Source: Octopus vulgaris
Lineage: Eukaryota
Assembly (NCBI GenBank): GCA_951406725.2
Contig: OX597825.1
Coordinates: 40,858,001 to 40,922,000 of the forward strand
Reading direction: 5' to 3'
DNA: 64,000 nt
In this document: positions 42,459 through 54,943 of the stretch, one piece after another
Position numbering within the stretch: position 1 is the first letter of the stretch
Layout: every line of letters starts with the position of its first letter
Translations under genes and position numbers: made by a program
Notes under the pieces: generated by a model
Seen by the model: only the letters and a program-made list of their open reading frames with translations
Told to the model about the DNA's origin: nothing
Database searches by the model: none

Positions 42459-42535
42459 TATATGTATATATATTTATATATATATACATACGTATATATC
42501 TATATATACATATATATACATATACATTTGTATAC

Positions 42536-42590
<55 letters not shown>

Positions 42591-42597
42591 CATACAA

Positions 42598-42637
<40 letters not shown>

Positions 42638-43206
42638 ACGCCCAGATACATGCGCACATGTACACACACATATATGAGAATGTGTGTATATCTATATTGT
42701 TCTCCTAGTGCTATAATGGAAGTCTTTTCACAATGGCGTAGTCCAGTCCTATTACGTAGTACCTTCGCTAAGCATTTCCACATTAGCCCTGTACCTACCA
42801 AAGTTTTGGGAGTGGGACTGTATGTATGAATGTAGGCTGTTGCATGCTGTTGTATATGTATCCGTTTGCTCTTTTAGACATCCCAAGCAAGCCTAAAACA
42901 AACCTGACCACAAGTAATGCCATATGTCTCCAATCTTTCGTTAAACCATGCCCGGCTATTGGGATTTCAGTGTCCGAGACACAAGATATATTGCACGACT
43001 TGGGTGCAAGTCAGAGTTGGTGAAAGAAAGGTCATTCAGCTGTAGAAACTCTTCTTCAATCAATTTTCTTTGACCTAAGGCAATATGGAAACGTAAAATT
43101 TAAATATTGATAAGAATGTTATACTATATGCCTACTGTTAAATATGCGTCTTTTAATCAAAAATATATCACTTCGCTTCAGAAACAGACAATACCACAAT
43201 TATAAG

Positions 43207-43532
43207 TACGAGGTTGGTATCAAAGTATTCTTGGACTAGTTCTGTAGCTCTCCAATGGATGACAGAATACAGTTGTGTGTGCAATGAAACCCACCGGCGT
43301 TTTTCATGAGGCAATGTGCCGAATGACATCGCTATGTTTACTTCACAAGTTGGGAAATTTGTGTTATTGTGATCACATGTATATTGTAGTCTGAGATTTT
43401 CTCATGTACAGGGAATTGGAAGAAAAGACCAACGTAAAATTTTGCGTTAAACTTAGGATGTTTAACGCAAAATTTACGTCACCAGTGACGAGACTTCATT
43501 TCCTGGTACGACCCTTAGACAAAGCAGCAGCC
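43207..43532 (+). mobile_element. Internally deleted mariner remnant
   Basis: TACGAGG TIR start; EEKTNVKFCVKLR; VTSDET…YDP*TKQQ. Confidence 0.7.
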
Positions 43533-43840
43533 GTTATCCTTTATCATTTACTTGTTTCAGTAACAAGACATTGTTTGATCTGATGATGTAACACGAAACT
43601 GCCTGGTTGCAAAATGTGATCTTTACACATTCACTCATGTGTGTATATTTCTATATATTTATATTTGTGTGTGTGTGTATATGTATATGTATGTATAAAT
43701 ATATTTGTGTATGTATCTATGTATGTGTGTGTTGCTTTATGTATATATATGTATGCATATTAATATATAAGTATGTGTATATATATATGTGTGTGTGCAA
43801 GACTGATTATATATATAGACATGTATATGTCTATATATGT

Positions 43841-43887
<47 letters not shown>

Positions 43888-43888
<1 letters not shown>

Positions 43889-44228
43889 GCGCAGGAGTGG
43901 CTGTGTGGTAAGTAGCTTGCTTACCAGCCACATGGTTCTGGGTTCAGTCCCACTTCGTGGCACCTTGGGCAAGTGTCTTCTACTATAGCCTCGGGCCAAC
44001 CAAAGCCTTGTGAGTGGATTTGGTAGACGGAACCTGTGTTTGTCCCCCTAGCATTGCTTGACAACCGATGCTGGTGTGTTTACGTCCCCGTCACCTAGCG
44101 GTTCGGCAAAAAAGACCGATAGAATAAGTACTGGGCTTACAAAGAATAAGTCCTGGGGTCGATTTGCTCGACTAAAGGCGGTGCTCCAGCATGGCCGCAG
44201 TCAAATGACTGAAACAAGTAAAGAGTAA
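43888..44228 (+). mobile_element. Family B tRNA-derived SINE
   Basis: GGCGCAGGAGTGGCTGTGTGGTAAG…GGGTTCAGTCCC…CACCTTGGGCAAGT…GAAACAAGTAAAGAG. Confidence 0.9.
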
Positions 44229-44236
44229 TATATATC

Positions 44237-44493
44237 ACTAAAAATAAGGGTGTCTGAGAGACACCACCATGCCGAAATAGCAGTCAAATCCCTGACTCTA
44301 AAAACCACGTTTTGATGACGGCAAAGCTTATTTAAAGCAAAGCTAGAAATCCAGGATCTTGAATTATTCAGTAATATCTTTTTGCTAATCTATTTTGTCC
44401 CTCTGTCTTATCTCATGGTGCGATATGTTTAGAGTCAGGGATTTGACTGCTATTTCGGCATGGTGGTGTCTCTCAGACACCCTTATCTTTAGT
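44237..44493. repeat. Inverted repeat, arms of about 66 bp
   Basis: 44237-44302 is a near-perfect reverse complement of 44428-44493. Confidence 0.9.
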
Positions 44494-44602
44494 TATAAAA
44501 AATTATTACCTTTGTATGGTATTTTTTCCCATGCTGGCCACTTGATAATATCGATATTATCCTTATTTACAAATTTATATATATATATATGTATATATAT
44601 AT

Positions 44603-44635
<33 letters not shown>

Positions 44636-44637
<2 letters not shown>

Positions 44638-44924
44638 ACTCATATAATAAGGGCAAAAGAAAAAAATTCTAATGCGATATATGCCGAAAATAGACAAATT
44701 GTCAATAACCAATTATAATTCATCACTATTAACAGGAGAAAATTCTTATCAACTAACTCTGAAATTGGGACCAATACGGTAATAACGGAATTTTTTAGAA
44801 ATTTCTATCGGCTTGTTTTGAGACACGTGCTAATAGTGATAAATTATAATTGGTTATTGACAATTTGTCTATTTTCAGCATATTTGGCATTAGAATTCTT
44901 TTTTTGCCCTTATTTTATAAGTTA
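44636..44924. repeat. Inverted repeat, arms of about 95 bp
   Basis: 44636-44731 versus 44831-44924. Confidence 0.9.
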
Positions 44925-45013
44925 TTTATTAATTTAACCTTTAAAAGTATTTTTTAGTATGCTGGCCATTGATAGAATTTGTTTTCGAAAAATTTCATCC
45001 TATATTATATGTT

Positions 45014-45071
<58 letters not shown>

Positions 45072-45103
45072 CGAATTTATTGCGTAATGTGATAAAAACC
45101 AAG

Positions 45104-45328
45104 GCTGTGTAGATATTAGATCATTTATAGATAGAAAGTCTTACAGCTGTTTCCAGGATATTTATTAATTATACCCCTTCATCAGAGACGGTGTGAGGGG
45201 ATGGTTAAGTCATAGTTAGTTTAGATGTGATACAAAATAGAGAGTGAGGTAGAGGAAAGAAAATAGATGCAAGATATGTAGGGATATTGAAGTTGTAGAT
45301 CCATTTTTAAAGCAGAATGGTATATATG
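45104..45328 (-). mobile_element. Small non-coding hammerhead-bearing repeat, copy 2
   Basis: Homologous to 19950-20178. Confidence 0.8.
45138..45189 (-). ncRNA. Minimal type-I hammerhead ribozyme
   Basis: Minus strand: GTCT-CTGATGA-AGGGGTAT…ATATCCT-G-GAAA-CAGCTG-TA-AGAC. Full core, helix I GTCT/AGAC, palindromic helix III. Confidence 0.85.
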
Positions 45329-45529
45329 TAATATTCCAATACCCTATGAGTAAAGTCCAAAAGTCCAACAGAGTTTAAAATGGGTCCTTACAAATATAGA
45401 GTTTATACGCAATGTAAGATTCCCTTATGAGTGAGATCCATGTATGCATGCACGTAATTTTGTTTGTATGTATGTATGTGTGTATGCTTATACAGAGCAG
45501 CAGTGACAGAGAGAGAAGCTGGGGAAAAT

Positions 45530-45601
<72 letters not shown>

Positions 45602-45689
45602 CTCACATTCAAATGCTTATGAAATATACAAACATATAAGATTATACCAGCTTATATTTAACACGTGAGTTAATTCAATTTATTGCATA

Positions 45690-46775
45690 ATAGCAGGATC
45701 CGTGAATATTTCATGGAATTAATAGTAAATCTATTGGGTTATTCCTGAAAACTTTATCCAGGAAGCCTGAAAGCATAGCCTGTATTGTGTCGGTATCAAA
45801 AGATAGTCGCTCATCTGCTATTCATTGAAAAGTGAAAGAAATTGGAATACTATGATTACTTAATGCACTTTATATATATACTTTACATACTTTATGCACA
45901 TGTTTATAGAATTAATACACATTACTCATAAAAAAAATATTCACTCTTATTTTTCTAATTTTCCAATAAACAGCAAAAAAGTGCATTTTCAAATTTATAT
46001 GGTCACAGTTACATATTTAGAAAACAAAAATTTTATGGTAAAAAATTATTTTAAATATAGGGTCACAATTTCACGAGGGCAAAAATTTAATGCAACATGG
46101 CATACGCTGGAAACCACGTCGTCGGTAACTTATAAGCCACTGTTTGCCCTTGTGATCTAGTGATAGTCATTGCATATGACAGGCGAACGTGAAACTGGCT
46201 TCTTTCTAAAGTGAATGGCAAGTTTGGGATGTGATAGGTGATATAAAAAAAAACTTAGTTCAATATTTTTAAAAATAACTTTTTACTATGCACTCACCAT
46301 TGCAACCTACACCACCACCACCACCACCACCACCGCCTTCATCTCTCTCGCTTTCTCTCTCAGTGCGTTTCATTAATATCACCATCAGATCGTCACCCCT
46401 CTGCTAAAATTACATTCTTAGCTTTCCTCTACATCACTACCTTCAACTAAAATTTTTTACCACGTAATAAATATTACGTTCCCCCACCACATATAATGGA
46501 CGCTTCACTCCCCATCTTTTCTCTCTCCCTCTTTTTCTCTCTCTCCTTTCTTCTGCCTCACTTTTCACCTTACTCACTTTTGCTCTCTCCTTTTTCTAAT
46601 CATGTTCTCTGCTTCCCTTCAACTAATCACTGAAATCATTACAGTTACGTTCCTTCTACCTCACGCGATTGACGCGTCTCACACCCTCTTTTCTTTTTCC
46701 TTCCTTTTCTCTAATCACAAGAAATCGTTACCGATGGGCTAAGTAATGTAATGACGAGTAGAATTATTACAAGAT
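45690..46775 (-). mobile_element. Non-autonomous Helitron-like element (relative of 52951-53705)
   Basis: Shared terminal hairpin CCGTGAA-TAT-TTCATGG, shared (CCA)n/CT-rich body, shared end GAATTATTA..AGAT. Confidence 0.65.
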
Positions 46776-47514
46776 TATGAAAAAGCTTGTCTAATTTGAT
46801 GCGAGACTTAATCCTCCACCACATTGCTTTTGGTTGTCATCATGCGACAACATATTGCAAATAAGGATTTTCAATACATGTATGTATGTATGTATGCATA
46901 GACAATGATATATATGTGTATGTGTGTATGTGTGAGTGTGTGTGTGTGTGCGTGTGTGTGTGTATTTATATATGTATGTATATATGTATGTATGTAGTAA
47001 AAACAATATAGAAGATGATTGTGTATACTGGAAACTTTATTTATTATAATGACCGCCTCGACACATCCTTCCATAACCATTGTTTCCACTATACTTAACA
47101 TGCACAGAGGAATTCCTAACGTAGATATCCAGCAACGATTGCGAAATTACTGTGGATGACGCCAGGCAAACATAGTCGGTGAACTTGCCTTGTCAGCATA
47201 ATAGTAGGGACATACTCAGAAAGCTGTTTAAATTTTAAATTTAAATCTAAACTTCAATTTTAACTGATATGTGTGTATGTGCGTATATCTTTGTTTCTTT
47301 TATACATGTTTCAGTCATTAGGCTAAAAATATCTTTTAGTGTATCTACTTGTATTATAACTATAATTATATATTTTAAAGAATATTTAATGAATGCATAT
47401 TAATATTGTTTTTCCATATACTTATCCAATATTGCTTAATCTATCCTAATCTACGATACCAGATATTAATTTTATTCTACATTATAACCTATTCGCTATT
47501 TACTCACATATATC

Positions 47515-47725
47515 CTTAAATCCTTAAAAATGTTTTAGCCCGAAGGCCGCGGCCATGCTGGGGCACCACCACTGAATGAGCTACACTAATTTGTGAATCC
47601 ACCTCTGATACGTGGCACTTGATCAACAAGGGAGTTCGATGCTGCTGCCCGCATCCGCGTCTCCTGTCGTGAGGTAGGTTCATCTGGGACTCCCAACAAG
47701 AAGAGATCCATATTTGAACCTTTAA
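47515..47725 (-). mobile_element. LINE/SINE 3' end sharing the family B tail
   Basis: Minus strand: GGTGGTGCCCCAGCATGGCCGC…AAACATTTTTAAGGATTTAAGG. Confidence 0.6.
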
Positions 47726-47834
47726 CATTTAACTTGGTATTTTTCTTGATATCAAACTCCATATTTTATAAACTCTGTCTCTCTAAATATATGAATTTCC
47801 TCTCTTGATACTCGGTACTTTATCTCGGTACTTT

Positions 47835-47945
47835 GTCCTCTCTTCTGAAACTTTCAACATCATGAGGTTGTCCTTCAGCACTTTCTCTCATGTCTTCCTG
47901 GCTCTCCTTCGTCCAAGGGTACCATCTATTTTGAGAGATCGGCAT
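47835..47945 (-). mobile_element. RTE LINE C-terminal fragment
   Basis: KIDGTLGRRRARKT*EKVLKDNL resembles the RTE G.R.RGRP…W motif. Confidence 0.55.
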
Positions 47946-47999
47946 ATTTGAATATACTTATAAAGATGTATATATACATATGATATATAGATATGAATG

Positions 48000-48081
<82 letters not shown>

Positions 48082-48289
48082 AGTGTGTTTGTGTGTGTGC
48101 GAATGTTTTTGTTATATAGTGCCGAGATTTACAATCTTGTAAATAATAATAATAATGGTATGTATATAAGCTTTTTTCTGTCGAGGGCTTATATAACTCA
48201 TTATTAGACTATTTTCCTTAGTCATTGCACGATGATCGCTATCAGCTTTAAGCTTATATAAATATTATTATCATTATCATCATCATTAC

Positions 48290-48376
<87 letters not shown>

Positions 48377-48380
48377 TATT

Positions 48381-50676
48381 GTTGCCCTTGCACAGCTTCT
48401 AACGCTGGAGATGTACTACGGTGTCAGCTGTTCACTACCACTAAACTAAGGTAACACCTCTTATTTTTCGAGCACTTTCCGGAGTATTCGAGCGGTCCTA
48501 AACAGTGCTGTTTTCTGCAAGTGCTCCAGCCTTATTACAGCCCCTATTTGTTCCACGTACTTCTCTAGATCTTTGCTCACTGTTCCTAGGGCTCCGACTA
48601 TTATTGGTACTACTGCTACCTTTTTCATCGACCACAACTGTTTAACTTCCCAAGTTAACCTGTCATATATATCGACGTTTCTTTCTTCCATATAGCATAC
48701 TTTGTTGTCGGCTGGTCATGCTATGTCTATGATCCAGCATAGTTTGTTTTCTTTCTCAATTAAGACTATGTCCGGCTTCCTATTCTCAATCTCATGACCA
48801 TACTGAATCATTAAATCCCATAGGATCTTTGCATTTCTATTTTCGACAATGCCTTCAAGTTTGTGGTCGTACCAAATTTTTGCTCTGTCAAGTCCATACT
48901 TGTTGCAAAGTGTCCAATGGACAAACCTGGCTATATTGTCGTGGCGTCTCTTATATTCCTTCTGGGCTAGTGGCGTACACTGGCTGGTGATATGCCATAT
49001 GATTTCACCATTTTGTTCACAGATTCTGCACTTATCACTTTCTGCTGTGTTGTCTATTCTGTATTTTATGTAGTTTGTTCTCAGTGCTTGCTCCTGGGCA
49101 TCCGCTTCCGGTTTTAAATTCCTTTTAGTCATCCGAAGCCATCTCTTTTCTCTATCTGTTTTATCTTCAACATCCCTATGAAATGTTCCATGCATTCGTT
49201 TCTGTATCAACCTACTTTTAGTTTCATTCGATAGTACATTATTTTTGCAATCTTTCATCCTACACAAGCCTGATCTTCCTACTTCTAATAGTAGCGGTTC
49301 TGTGGCATTTTTTACATACCATAGTATGTTGTTTTCTTCTGCTCTAATGCCCTGTTCGCATCCAATAAGTCCTCTTCCCCCTCTTTTTCTTGGTACATAC
49401 AGTCTGTCTGTATCACTTTTTGGGTGGAGTGACCCATATCTCGTTAGCAACTTCCTTGTCTTTCTATCTAAGCTGCTTAGTTCGTCTACTGTCCATGCGA
49501 TTACCCCAGTTCCATATCTAAGGACTGAATTCCTAAGTGTTGATAGCTTCTATTTTATTCCTTCCGTTTAATTTCGACTTTATTATCAGTCTCAGTCTGC
49601 GTAAGTACTCCACCTTTCATTTTTCTGTCATCTCTTTCTCCATTAATTTATCCATTTCCAAAATCCCCAAGCTTATAGCCCGTCTCCTCTATCTGCTTCA
49701 TTACCTACCCCGACGGTACCGATAGCCCGTCCATACATTTGATTTTGCCTCTTTTCAATACTAATACACCACACTTTCTCAGTCCGAACTCTATTCTGAT
49801 ACCAGCACTGTAATTATACACCGTATCAACGAGGGAACTGACTTGGGATTCATCTTTACCATAAAGTTTGAGGTCATCCATGAATAGCAAATGGTTGACA
49901 TTTTGTTGGCGGTTTTTGAATACATACCCAGCTTTTGCTTTCCTCAGAATCAGTGTTAGTGGTATCAAGCGCAGTACATAGATCAGTAGGGACAGGCAGT
50001 CCCCTTGTGAGATGCCCCTCCTAATTTCTACTGTCAATAAACTTCTTCCGTATGCTGTCAGGTCCGTCCTCCAATTCGCCATAATTTTTCCAAGCATTTG
50101 CTCAACATTCATACACTCCATAATCCAAGAATGTGGGATCATATAGTAGCCTTACGATAGTCGATCCATGACATGGGTAAGTTAGTTTTCCTCCCCTCTG
50201 AGTACAGTTTGATCTATCAGGAGTTGATCCTTGGTATCTCTGCACTTACGCTTGCAAACCATCTGCTCATGTGGCAGCACTTCAATTTTTTTCTAGATGT
50301 TCGTACATTGACTCTGTAAGTATTCCAGTCATTAACTTCCACATAAGTGGCAAACAGGATATCGGCCTGTAATTGTCTATTGTATTGCCTTTTTCGATGT
50401 TTTTCAGGCATAGCACTGTCATACCCAATGTCAACCACTCTGGTGTTGCTTGGTCGGCATTTAACAATGTGTTTAGTTGTGCAGCTATTCGTGCATGACA
50501 TTCACCAAATGTTTTGATCCAGCAGCCTTGAACTCCCTCTGGTCCCGAGGCCTTCCAGTTGCTAATTTTTTTGCTGATTTCCTTCACTTTCCTAACTGAA
50601 ATGACTAGTTATGCCTGTTTTTGACAGACTACTCTTTGTTTCAGTTCTTGCAACCATTCAGGTCTATTATCATAAA
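48381..50676 (-). mobile_element. 5'-truncated Dong/R4-clade LINE (RT, CCHC, RLE)
   Basis: [45 protein letters not shown]…HITSQC, RRHD, RKPD, VPIIVGALG; (ATT)n on both flanks. Confidence 0.95.
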
Positions 50677-50908
<232 letters not shown>

Positions 50909-52694
50909 TTATATGTGCACATTCACACAAATATGTGTGTGTGTGTGTGAGTGTTTACATATATATGATGATGAAGGCAGGGTCAGCTCTTCGTACCTGA
51001 AGATCACGTGAGGGCAACAAGCCCTTATGTGACTATGTATGTAAACCGGTTCTTGAACGAAAGTTTCTGGCACATTTGGGGCAAATACTCGAGCCATCAT
51101 CAGTTGGAAAGGGCACGTGATGATGTCTCTTCTTATCATTTCTCATTCGCAGTTGTTCCGGTTTTATCTAAATATATCAAGTATGAGCAGTAAATGTGCA
51201 GCAATAACAATTAAGAACTTCGACTGCAAAAATAAAATCTTTGTATTACAGATACACGTGGTGATAGCAATTCCGAAATTGAAGAGATCCTGGCTTTCAT
51301 TAATTGATTGCATTAAATGTAATAAAGCCTGCATTTGAAATGAAGTAAAAGGTAATATAACCTGAGATTTTATGCTTGTATACAACTAAAATTGAATAGA
51401 ATTATATTTGTGATAGATACGGAACGTCTTCTTGAGGATTAAAAGCAAAGTATTTTCCAATTTACAAAGCTACAATTCTTAGTATGTTTATAACAGTGAA
51501 CAATTATGAAAATTGAATTAGCACTAAAGAAATATTTAATAAAATTGCCGGTTTATTTAATGATAGAATTAAGATTTAGAGTGTAGAAATTGTGGTGAAT
51601 CAATTGCTGCAGGAAAGTGGTCTGCTTATTGAAGAGGGATATGCTGAACAACAAATACTTAAAGAAATGGATTATTTTAGAATGAGAGAAAAGTAGCCTT
51701 CAAGACATTATATTTAGCAAAAATTAAAAATGTTAACAAGGATTTTTATTTGGCAACCATTGTTGGTCTCTTTTATCCAAAGGAGATGCAGACTGAGATT
51801 TCAGATTAAAATTAATTATCATCTATTGTTCTAAACATTCATGCTCGCTAATTGGTTACAACTATTGATCCTTTCCTCATTGTTAGTAAACATACGCCAC
51901 CAAGTAGATTGCTTTCAAGATTGGCTTTCTAAGTATTCTTATCCATCTGATACAGCTGGACAAAAATATGCGAAAAATGTTTTAACAGTCAATTAATAAT
52001 ATACAGTAGTATTAATGTTAAACAAGGCTCATGATCATCATGATTATTTGTGCGAAAGAGTAAGTGGTAATATTGTTATTACCAAAGCAATATACTACAG
52101 TCAGAGAACCTGGAAATAATTGCAACTTTTAAAGCATTCGACATACGAGAAACCTTTCCACATGTTATTTCTTAGACAAAATTGAATGTTTTCTAGTCGA
52201 CGTCTGGAAGGAATATAAAATCAAAAATCAATCAAAAAATTCGTAATTTTTAGTAAGAAGTAAGGTCGTATAACATGTCTGTAGTCAAGTTATTTTTTTT
52301 GCTACAAAAGTCAATAATGTCAGATGATTTCTGTTTCAAATGAAAATTGTGCTGAAGAACACGAGGAATAGTATTGATTTTGATGAAGTTGTCTCTCCAA
52401 AAATTGTTCAAGTCTCTACAAAAATTATCTAATAATGATCTCAAGTTATTACATGAACAAGAAGATTTTGAATATGCATAAAATGATAATGAGGTATATT
52501 TTTAATTAAAAAATGAAAATATATTGAAAAACCAGATCAAATATTTTAATAATTAAATTTAGTATAAGACATTCACCTTTTAAAAATTACATTTTCTCGG
52601 AAAACAAATACATTCAAGAGTCTTCCACTTTTAAGGGGTCTGCATAAATGATAAGCATGGATAACTGCTTCTTGCAATATCTAATGTGTATATT

Positions 52695-52825
52695 CCGCCG
52701 AGGTCGACTTTGCTTTCATCCTTTCGGGGTCGATAAATTAAGTACCAGTTGCGTACTGGGGTCGTTCTAATCGACTGATCCCCTCCCCAAAAATGTCGGG
52801 CCTTGTGCCTAGAATAGAAAAGAAT
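52695..52825 (+). mobile_element. Family C SINE, 3' half
   Basis: TTCCGCCGAGGTCGACTTTGCTTTCATCCTTTCGGGGTCGATAAATTAAGTACCAG; flanked by AATATCTAATGTGTAT on both sides (TSD-like). Confidence 0.85.
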
Positions 52826-52950
52826 ATCTAATGTGTATTTCCATTAGGTTTGAAGTAATTAACTCTCTGAACATGACGAATGCAATTAATTGAAGCACAT
52901 TACGTTACATTTTGGAACTCATGTACTATAAATATTAGTATTTATATAGA

Positions 52951-53705
52951 CTAGTGGGACCCGTGAATATTTTATGGAATTTATGGTAAACCTATTGCCA
53001 GGGCAGGCCCTAGGATTGCTGGCACCTTGAGCAAGCTGAGCTTCAGCGTGTACAAGATGACGGTAGTAGTAATTTCCTTATCTTTGTCACAACCTTTAGT
53101 TAAATTGCATATATCTGCAAGTAAGCGCGAATATTTTACTGAAGTGTACTTATGCGCATGCGTTAAATAATTAGTGATATAAAAAAAAAACTTTGTTCAA
53201 TATTTTAAAAATACACTTTTCACTATCCAATCACCACCAGCACCAGTACCTCCACCACCACCACCACCAGCTTCTCCACCACAACCACGACCGTCATCTC
53301 TCTCTCCCTCCTCTTTCTCTCTCTCTTCTTCCTCCTCCCTCTCTCTTTCTTTGCCTTTAATCTCAACATCAGAACATCACCCTCTACTAAAATTATTACG
53401 TTCCCCCTACCTCACGTCATAGGCACTTCTCTCTTTTTGTCTCTCTCTCTCTCTTTTCTTTCGCCCTCCTTCTATCTCAAACTCTTCGCCTTATCCGCTT
53501 TTGGTCTCTCCTTTTTCTTTCTCCGCTCTTTGGTTTCAACTGATCATATGAAAGCGCTACAATTACATTCCCTCTACCTCATCTCATGGACGTTTTCCCC
53601 TCCCTCTTTTTCTCTCACCCTTTCTTTCTCCCACTCTTTCTCCAATCACGTGAAAGCGTTACGGACGGGTTAAGTAACGCGATGACAAGCAGAATTATTA
53701 TTAGA
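52951..53705 (-). mobile_element. Non-autonomous Helitron-like element
   Basis: CTAG terminus with a subterminal hairpin; homologous to 45690-46775. Confidence 0.7.
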
Positions 53706-53961
53706 TAGGGTGTGGTGGCGAACCCTGCTGCACTCTTTCACCACAACTTTCTCTCACTCTTTCTTCCTGTTTCTGTTACACCTGTATTTCGAAAGGCCAG
53801 CCTTGTCACACACTATGTCAAGCTGAATCTCCCCGAGAACCTCGTTAAGGGTACACATGTCTGTGAAGTGCTCAGTCACTTACTCGTTAATTTCACGAGC
53901 AGGCTGTTCCATTGATCGGATCAATTGGAACCGACGTCGTCGTAACCGACAGAGTGCCACG

Positions 53962-54018
<57 letters not shown>

Positions 54019-54809
54019 GTGTGTGTGTGTGTGTGTGTATGTGTCGTGTGTGTGTGTGTGTATGTAATTATAAGTTTACTGTGATATTTTCATTTTAGTC
54101 ACGCATTTCCATTAACATTTTTGCCGATCTATTTCTCTATGACCACCACCAAAGGTAAGAATTCAAGTTCACAATCACCCTCAGATTTAATGGCACAATA
54201 GTTGATTAATTTTATTGTATTCTAATATAGAAGTTATGACTCATTATATAACTGCGATAAAATTTCTTATCATTTAAGTCTCATTACTTAATATGATTTT
54301 TTGGTTCAATATTCCATTAATACTGCTATAATACCATTTCTTATCTTTTAAGACTTTTAATTTAAGACATCATAAATATAATAATACAAGCATTTATTAT
54401 TTTTTTACAAACAAAAATGACGACAAAAACAAATTCCGCAGATTCTGAAAAATGTAGGAAAGCTTACAGAATCATTTGAATAGAAAATCGCTAACTACTA
54501 TCTTGCGAAATGATTTATCATATCATCACTTCCTTTTTTTTTTCTTTTTTTTCACTATATTCTTATCACAGTTGTCGTGTCTCTCTTACATTCGTTAATT
54601 TTCTCTTTTCAATAATAATTGTAAAGCCATTCAATTAAGAAATAGATGACACACAAATGTACACACGCAGATAGAAAGTCAGACAGATAGATAGGCTCGA
54701 AACGTAAAATACTTTCTCACTTCCCGAGCGTTAAACTAATATATATGTTTCTTGTTTACAACCCGTCTTCGTCTTTAATGTTATCTTCTTTTTTTTTGTA
54801 AATTCCAAT

Positions 54810-54854
54810 TAGATAGATAGATAGATAGATAGATAGACAGATAGATAGATAGAC

Positions 54855-54942
<88 letters not shown>
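54810..54942. repeat. (ATAG)n microsatellite
   Basis: Directly visible. Confidence 0.95.

Positions 54943-54943
<1 letters not shown>

Noticed and set aside
43578-43608. CTGATGA-TGTAACAC-GAAA hammerhead candidate
   Set aside because: Helix II is only 2 bp, with no palindromic helix III or helix I
54695-54790. GAAACGTA half-hammerhead after (ATAG)n
   Set aside because: The CTGANGA half is absent, so it cannot be supported
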